Shown here: piece after piece, positions 63,289 through 64,000 of the stretch | Layout of the letters: each line of letters starts with the position of its first letter | Position numbering within the stretch: the stretch's first letter is position 1 | DNA from: Eledone cirrhosa | Lineage: Eukaryota | DNA length: 64,000 nucleotides | Reading direction: 5' to 3' | NCBI GenBank assembly: GCA_964016885.1 | Contig: OZ024751.1 | Location: forward strand, 26,350,001 to 26,414,000 | Position numbers and translations under genes: made by a program | The notes under the pieces: model-generated | Told to the model about the DNA's origin: nothing | The model's database searches: none | The model's input: the letters and a program-made list of their open reading frames with translations, nothing else

Positions 63289-64000
63289 TGCGGATACACA
63301 TTTTCAGCTGAGTATACTGGAGCAACATGAAATGAGGTGTTTTCTTCAAGAACACAACCCACAACACTATGGTCATAAGTCCAACACCCTTACCACTAGG
63401 TTTTTTATTATGTTACAAATACCATCTTAATAATGAAATGATTAATAAGTCCCTTCAAATTCTTAATTTATTAAAATTCAGAGTATTTCATTAGCAAAAC
63501 AGGACAAATAGGTTAAGGAACATATTTCTAAAAACATATTGTGTAGTTTATTCACCCCCTATATGCATCCATCAGAGTACTATTTTTAATTAAACTGGAA
63601 TCTCCACACACATACACCACACTTAGAGAACTGTAGTTTGGAACTTTCACACACCACACTTGTTGTAGAGAACTGTAGTTTGGAACTTTCACACACCACA
63701 CTTGTTGTAGAGAACTGTAGTTTGGAAGTTTTATGTGCATCTCCATTACCATCCTCCAGAGAAATGCCTTCTCCATTCTGTCCGCCGGGACCGTGGGGTG
63801 GCCAACACGTGGGACACCATTTGTTTATAATACAGAGCGATGGGGAGGGCGAGAGAGATGGAGGCGATGACAGTGGGAGTTCCACTCTTCTGTGTTGAGA
63901 CCTGGTGTCCAGCGTCAGTTGTCTGTAGGGAGGAAGTGATTCATATATATATAAGTATTATACTATATTGTTTCATATTTAACAATGTCACCAGTCCTTC

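Overview
Eukaryotic (animal) genomic DNA that is AT-rich and packed with microsatellites, SINEs and LINE relics. The repeat landscape suggests an octopus or other coleoid cephalopod (inference, not verified). Four protein-coding genes were assembled by hand from GT-AG-bounded, frame-consistent exons: G6PD (minus strand, 10 coding exons 618-22659, C-terminus off the left edge), TAF11 (plus, 4 exons, 393 aa, long low-complexity N-terminus), SAP30BP (plus, 10 coding exons, 346 aa) and an intronless ST13/Hip (minus, 377 aa). Most ORFs in the supplied track are microsatellite or antisense artefacts. Less obvious signals: (i) minimal type I hammerhead-ribozyme motifs with palindromic stem III (Penelope-like relics), two of them in sense orientation in the 13.9-kb G6PD intron; (ii) two Merlin-type fold-back elements with 8- and 9-bp target-site duplications, one still carrying the transposase C-terminus; (iii) a SAP30BP exon starting with a perfect donor (AG|GTGAGT), followed by an intron filled with 15 tandem branch-point/polypyrimidine units; (iv) decayed duplicates of a G6PD exon, one keeping its acceptor.
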